A stretch of 28,548 nucleotides of DNA. Source: an uncultured Victivallales bacterium. Its GTDB lineage: Bacteria; Verrucomicrobiota; Lentisphaeria; Victivallales; GWF2-38-69. A program made the translations under genes and the position numbers. Position 1 is the stretch's first letter, and each line of letters opens with the position of its first letter. The stretch covers positions 13,408-41,955 of the forward strand of contig CAZGAI010000001.1 of assembly GCA_964523175.1 (NCBI GenBank), read 5' to 3'. Below, in pieces: positions 25,077-28,548 of this stretch. The notes under the pieces were generated by a model, which worked only from the letters and a program-made list of their open reading frames with translations, ran no database searches and was not told where the DNA came from.

Positions 25077-25787
25077 TTAAGATGCAGCTTGGTTTTCTAG
25101 TTCCTGAATAATACCATCTTTAATGACAACGATTCTATCGGCAATTTTAGCTATTTCGTGATTATGGGTTACCATAATAATTGTTTTAGAGTAATTATTA
25201 TGTAATTCTTTGAATATTTCAAGTATTTCCAAACCTGTATTTGAATCTAAGTTTCCAGTAGGTTCATCGGCCAGTATTAGTTCAGGGTCGTTCACTAAAG
25301 CTCTGGCTATCGCAGCGCGCTGTTGCTCTCCACCTGACAGTTCTCCTGGTTTGTGATTTAATCTATGTTCTAGGCATACTTGAGAAAGAAGTTTTTTTGC
25401 TGCAGTAGTTGCAGTTTTAATACTTTCTCCATTCAGCATTGCAGCAAGTTTTACATTTTCTAAAACTGTAAGTTCCGGCAATAAGTGATAAGTTTGAAAA
25501 ACAAAACCAAATTTTGATTTACGTAGTTTTGTCCTTGCAGCCCTGCCTAGTTCAGTTAATTTAATATTATCGTATTTTATTGATCCTTTTTCTGGCTTTT
25601 CAAGACAGCCTACAAGATTAAGAAGGGTTGTTTTTCCACTTCCTGATGCCCCAAGCAAAGCAAGCCATTCACCTTTTTCTATATCCAAGTTAATGCCTCT
25701 AAGAACGTCTATTTTTGTTTTACAAATTTTATAGGTTCTATAAACATCCCTGATGGATAAAAATTTTTCTTGATCTAGATTATTCAT
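25077..25787 (-). CDS. lolD: Lipoprotein-releasing ABC transporter ATP-binding protein
   Basis: [11 protein letters not shown] (Walker A), [46 protein letters not shown]. Overlaps the permease stop. Confidence 0.9.
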   Translation of the reverse strand: MNNLDQEKFLSIRDVYRTYKICKTKIDVLRGINLDIEKGEWLALLGASGSGKTTLLNLVGCLEKPEKGSIKYDNIKLTELGRAARTKLRKSKFGFVFQTYHLLPELTVLENVKLAAMLNGESIKTATTAAKKLLSQVCLEHRLNHKPGELSGGEQQRAAIARALVNDPELILADEPTGNLDSNTGLEILEIFKELHNNYSKTIIMVTHNHEIAKIADRIVVIKDGIIQELENQAAS

Positions 25788-27051
25788 ATCGTAAAGCCTT
25801 TGCCGGATCGAGCATAGCTGCTCGGTATGCCGGTATTATTGCTCCCAGTGTACATAGAATAATAGTGCATAATATAATAAATATTATGTCTCTAGGTACA
25901 ATAGAAGCTGGTAGTTCACTTAACATATAGAACTCCTTTGGAAATATTTCTATATGAAATAGTGTTGAAAGAATATTGAGAATACTCATTCTCCAATGTA
26001 TTACTATCACCCCAAGCAGCAGGCCAAAGCAGGTGCCTATGAAACCTACAAAAAAACCTTGCAAAATAAATATTCTCATAATAGTTGAAGAGCTGGCTCC
26101 GAGTGCTCTCAAAAGGCCTATTTCTCTTGTTTTTTGGACAACAACTGTTATAAGTGTATTAGTAATACTTGATGCGGCTACAAGAACAATGAATATCAGT
26201 ACAAAAAACATCATGTTCTTTTCGACCGCGAGGACATTCAGAAATTGTCTATTTGTCTGCTTCCAAGTAAATATTTCATAACCGGGAAAAGCCTTTGTGA
26301 TTTTCTTATAAATAGGGTTAATATTAAAGGGGTCCTTTGTTTTTACTGATACCATTGTAGCTGCTCCCCAAGGGTAGCCAAACAAATCATCAGCATCATC
26401 CAGACTTGTTATTATTGTTTTTGAGTCATAGTTGTAATCACCCACACTAAAAATACCTGCTACGGTAAATTCAGCTGGAAGATAAACTTCTCTATTCTTC
26501 TTTTCTGTAATCTGCCCATTGCCGGCTATGTCAACTATATCCTTCAGTCTTCCGGGAGAATGCACAAGTATTTTTGACCCCGGATATAATCTTAGTTTAT
26601 TAGCAAGAACATAGCTTACTAGAATATCACCCGGAGTGTTCAATGAAGCTTTTCCCTTAATTAGCCCTTTTGAAATAAAATTGTTCTTAGGCTCTCGGTC
26701 AACGTCAATACCAATTAAGCTTAGAGGGATAATTTTATCTCCCTTCTGAATTAGGACTTCTCCATAGGTTACAGGAATTGCGGAGGCGCCAAACGAATCG
26801 ACTTTTTTTATAATATCTTCGGGTTTTTTAATATATTCTTTGTAAGGACTCCTGATTGATATATGAGGGTTTATATCTAGAAGCTTTGTTTTTATCTCAT
26901 CAGTAAAGCCTGTCATAATAGCGAGGACGACCATTAAAACACAAACGCCTAAACCTACGCCAATAACAGAAATCAGTGTAATAACTGAAACTGCATTCCG
27001 TTTTGGTTTGAAATAGCGCCAGGCTAAAAAGAGTTCTGTAATTAAATTCAT
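25780..27051 (-). CDS. lolE: Lipoprotein-releasing ABC transporter permease (LolC/E/F family)
   Basis: LA.RY..PKR..SVIT.ISV.GV.LGV..L.VVLAIM.GF, EK.MMF.VL..IV.VAA..I, K.REIG.L.ALGA, PA.RAA.LDP..ALRYE. Only one permease gene is present. Confidence 0.88.
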   Translation of the reverse strand: MNLITELFLAWRYFKPKRNAVSVITLISVIGVGLGVCVLMVVLAIMTGFTDEIKTKLLDINPHISIRSPYKEYIKKPEDIIKKVDSFGASAIPVTYGEVLIQKGDKIIPLSLIGIDVDREPKNNFISKGLIKGKASLNTPGDILVSYVLANKLRLYPGSKILVHSPGRLKDIVDIAGNGQITEKKNREVYLPAEFTVAGIFSVGDYNYDSKTIITSLDDADDLFGYPWGAATMVSVKTKDPFNINPIYKKITKAFPGYEIFTWKQTNRQFLNVLAVEKNMMFFVLIFIVLVAASSITNTLITVVVQKTREIGLLRALGASSSTIMRIFILQGFFVGFIGTCFGLLLGVIVIHWRMSILNILSTLFHIEIFPKEFYMLSELPASIVPRDIIFIILCTIILCTLGAIIPAYRAAMLDPAKALRYE

Positions 27052-27470
27052 AAATAAAACCTATATGTTTATATATATCTTTCAGGTTAAAGGATAAATT
27101 GTACTGTATAATATAACATTGCAAATAATCTAAGAAAACAATAACCGTAATTTAAAAGCTGGTTTAATCTTAAATTTAAAGAGAAAGTTAAAATCACACA
27201 GAATATCAATACAATTACCTTGTGAATTCTGTTTAAAATGATAAAATTATAGTTAGGGCTGTAATCTTGATTTATTCAGCCTCTTTCAGGCTATCGAAAT
27301 TCCTCTTTTTTCGAGTTCTTTAGTTGTGAAAGTAATATAATTAATTCGTGACTGAAAGTCATTTGTGTAAACTTGCTCTAAAACTGCTTCTCAGTTGTAG
27401 AACATGGATAGCCTTTGATTATTATTAAAAATAATTGTTTTTGGCCAAAAAACCAGAAAGTTGAATAAAT

Positions 27471-28508
27471 ATGCATAGGAAAAGTAAAATTATATTAAGA
27501 CTTGTGAAAAGAAAAAATCATTGTTATAGCCCGTCACTCCTTACGGCGTTTACTCTATTTTGTTTGATTTATGTTATTTCTGGAAATAATTTATTTTCAC
27601 AAGGCCTAAGTAACCAATCAGGTGGATCGTCACTTGGCTCAAGTGGCCTTGGTGGATTTGAAAGCTCTAAAAAAGGTCCAGCAGTGTCATCTGGAGCATC
27701 TGCAGGTAAAGGTGAGTATATAAATTATTTTAATGATGCTGATGAAAACGAGTTGCTGCGAAGTTATTCAAACGTTCCAATAAAACATATTTCTGACGGA
27801 ATTGACTTTGAAGAGGAATGGAATTTTTTTATAAAAAAGAAAAATTTGACTGTTGACCAGTATCAAATACTGATCAAGGACATGATTAGCAAAAAATATC
27901 CGGATTTAAATGTTAACTCAGCAGTATCAAAATTTTTTTTCAGAGCACTTGCTGAAAATACGTACAGTTTAGATGGCTACCTACCTGCAGATAAATTTAA
28001 CTCTATTGTAGATGCAAGGGAGACTTTCTTTAAAATAAATAGCTACATTGATGCTTTAGATATTAGCAATGAAATAAAAAGACCTATGAAAGAGTTATTT
28101 GTTTACGCCTGTATTTATGCGCAGAAAATAGATTTATCTATCAAAACACTCCAGAAATTAAAAAGAATACCTCCCGGTTGTATTCTTTACGAATTAAAAA
28201 ATTATAGTGGTAAGATAGTTTTTGGGCAATATGCAACAGATAGACCCGGGGAAAACTTATACTACATCTGTTCCGCTTTTTATAATAAATTCACAGAGTT
28301 GCCACATAAAAAACAATTAGAAGCTCTGGACTATATTTATAGTTTTAATCCCACACTTCAACTTGCTCCTCCGATAGTTTCTCGGTACAATTTTGTTTAT
28401 TGGATTGCGAGTATCCTTCCGTTTTCAGAAAAGCCTAACTTGCTGAAGTATTGTGTAAGAGGAAACATCGGCTGGCTTCTTTTGCCGAAAACCATCCATT
28501 TCAAATAA
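27471..28508 (+). CDS. Hypothetical exported or membrane-anchored protein, 345 aa, with a Gly/Ser-rich linker
   Basis: Long ORF with no competing gene. Basic N-terminus, hydrophobic stretch (LLTAFTLFCLIYVIS), then SGGSSLGSSGLGG...SSGASAGKG. No family recognised. Confidence 0.65.
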   Translation: MHRKSKIILRLVKRKNHCYSPSLLTAFTLFCLIYVISGNNLFSQGLSNQSGGSSLGSSGLGGFESSKKGPAVSSGASAGKGEYINYFNDADENELLRSYSNVPIKHISDGIDFEEEWNFFIKKKNLTVDQYQILIKDMISKKYPDLNVNSAVSKFFFRALAENTYSLDGYLPADKFNSIVDARETFFKINSYIDALDISNEIKRPMKELFVYACIYAQKIDLSIKTLQKLKRIPPGCILYELKNYSGKIVFGQYATDRPGENLYYICSAFYNKFTELPHKKQLEALDYIYSFNPTLQLAPPIVSRYNFVYWIASILPFSEKPNLLKYCVRGNIGWLLLPKTIHFK

Positions 28509-28548
28509 ATATATAGAACAGGAATTTATTCTTAATTTGTAAATAACA

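Noticed and set aside
10584-27124. Short ORFs 10584-10772, 12640-12909, 13732-14107, 15593-15775, 16439-16633, 18153-18608, 19182-19421, 19915-20097, 20706-21086, 20713-20916, 21426-21626, 22237-22566, 24342-24557, 24626-24886, 25976-26281, 26900-27124
   Set aside because: They are shadow ORFs overlapping conserved genes, with no independent support.

Overview
AT-rich bacterial chromosomal window. By overall impression of the proteins it comes from the PVC superphylum, probably Lentisphaerota; this is an inference and was not database-checked. Most of it is housekeeping: ppk1-ppx, prmC, argG, deoB, DUF47-pit, thiI, a TolC-family lipoprotein, rsmE, a class III ribonucleotide reductase locus, and a minus-strand run lolE-lolD-mcsA-mcsB-sensor kinase-pteridine reductase-like SDR. 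Three things stand out. (1) Bases 1-2377 hold a family of G/C-rich palindromic repeats with a 7-2-7 dyad core (CCCCTCC-NN-GGAGGGG). They form a tandem array and three doublets, and they bracket a DUF559 (Vsr-like) endonuclease gene and a dihydropyrimidinase gene with near-identical ends. Within two doublets the cores are identical in direct orientation while the outer arms are inverted. (2) The class III RNR is split: the glycyl-radical motif is on a 50-aa ORF that the ORF track missed. (3) The sensor kinase has a membrane domain resembling the VUT/YhhQ queuosine-precursor transporter family and lies directly upstream of a FolM/PTR1-like reductase. No rRNA, tRNA, CRISPR array, integrase or transposase was seen. 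Family assignments come from motif recognition by eye.
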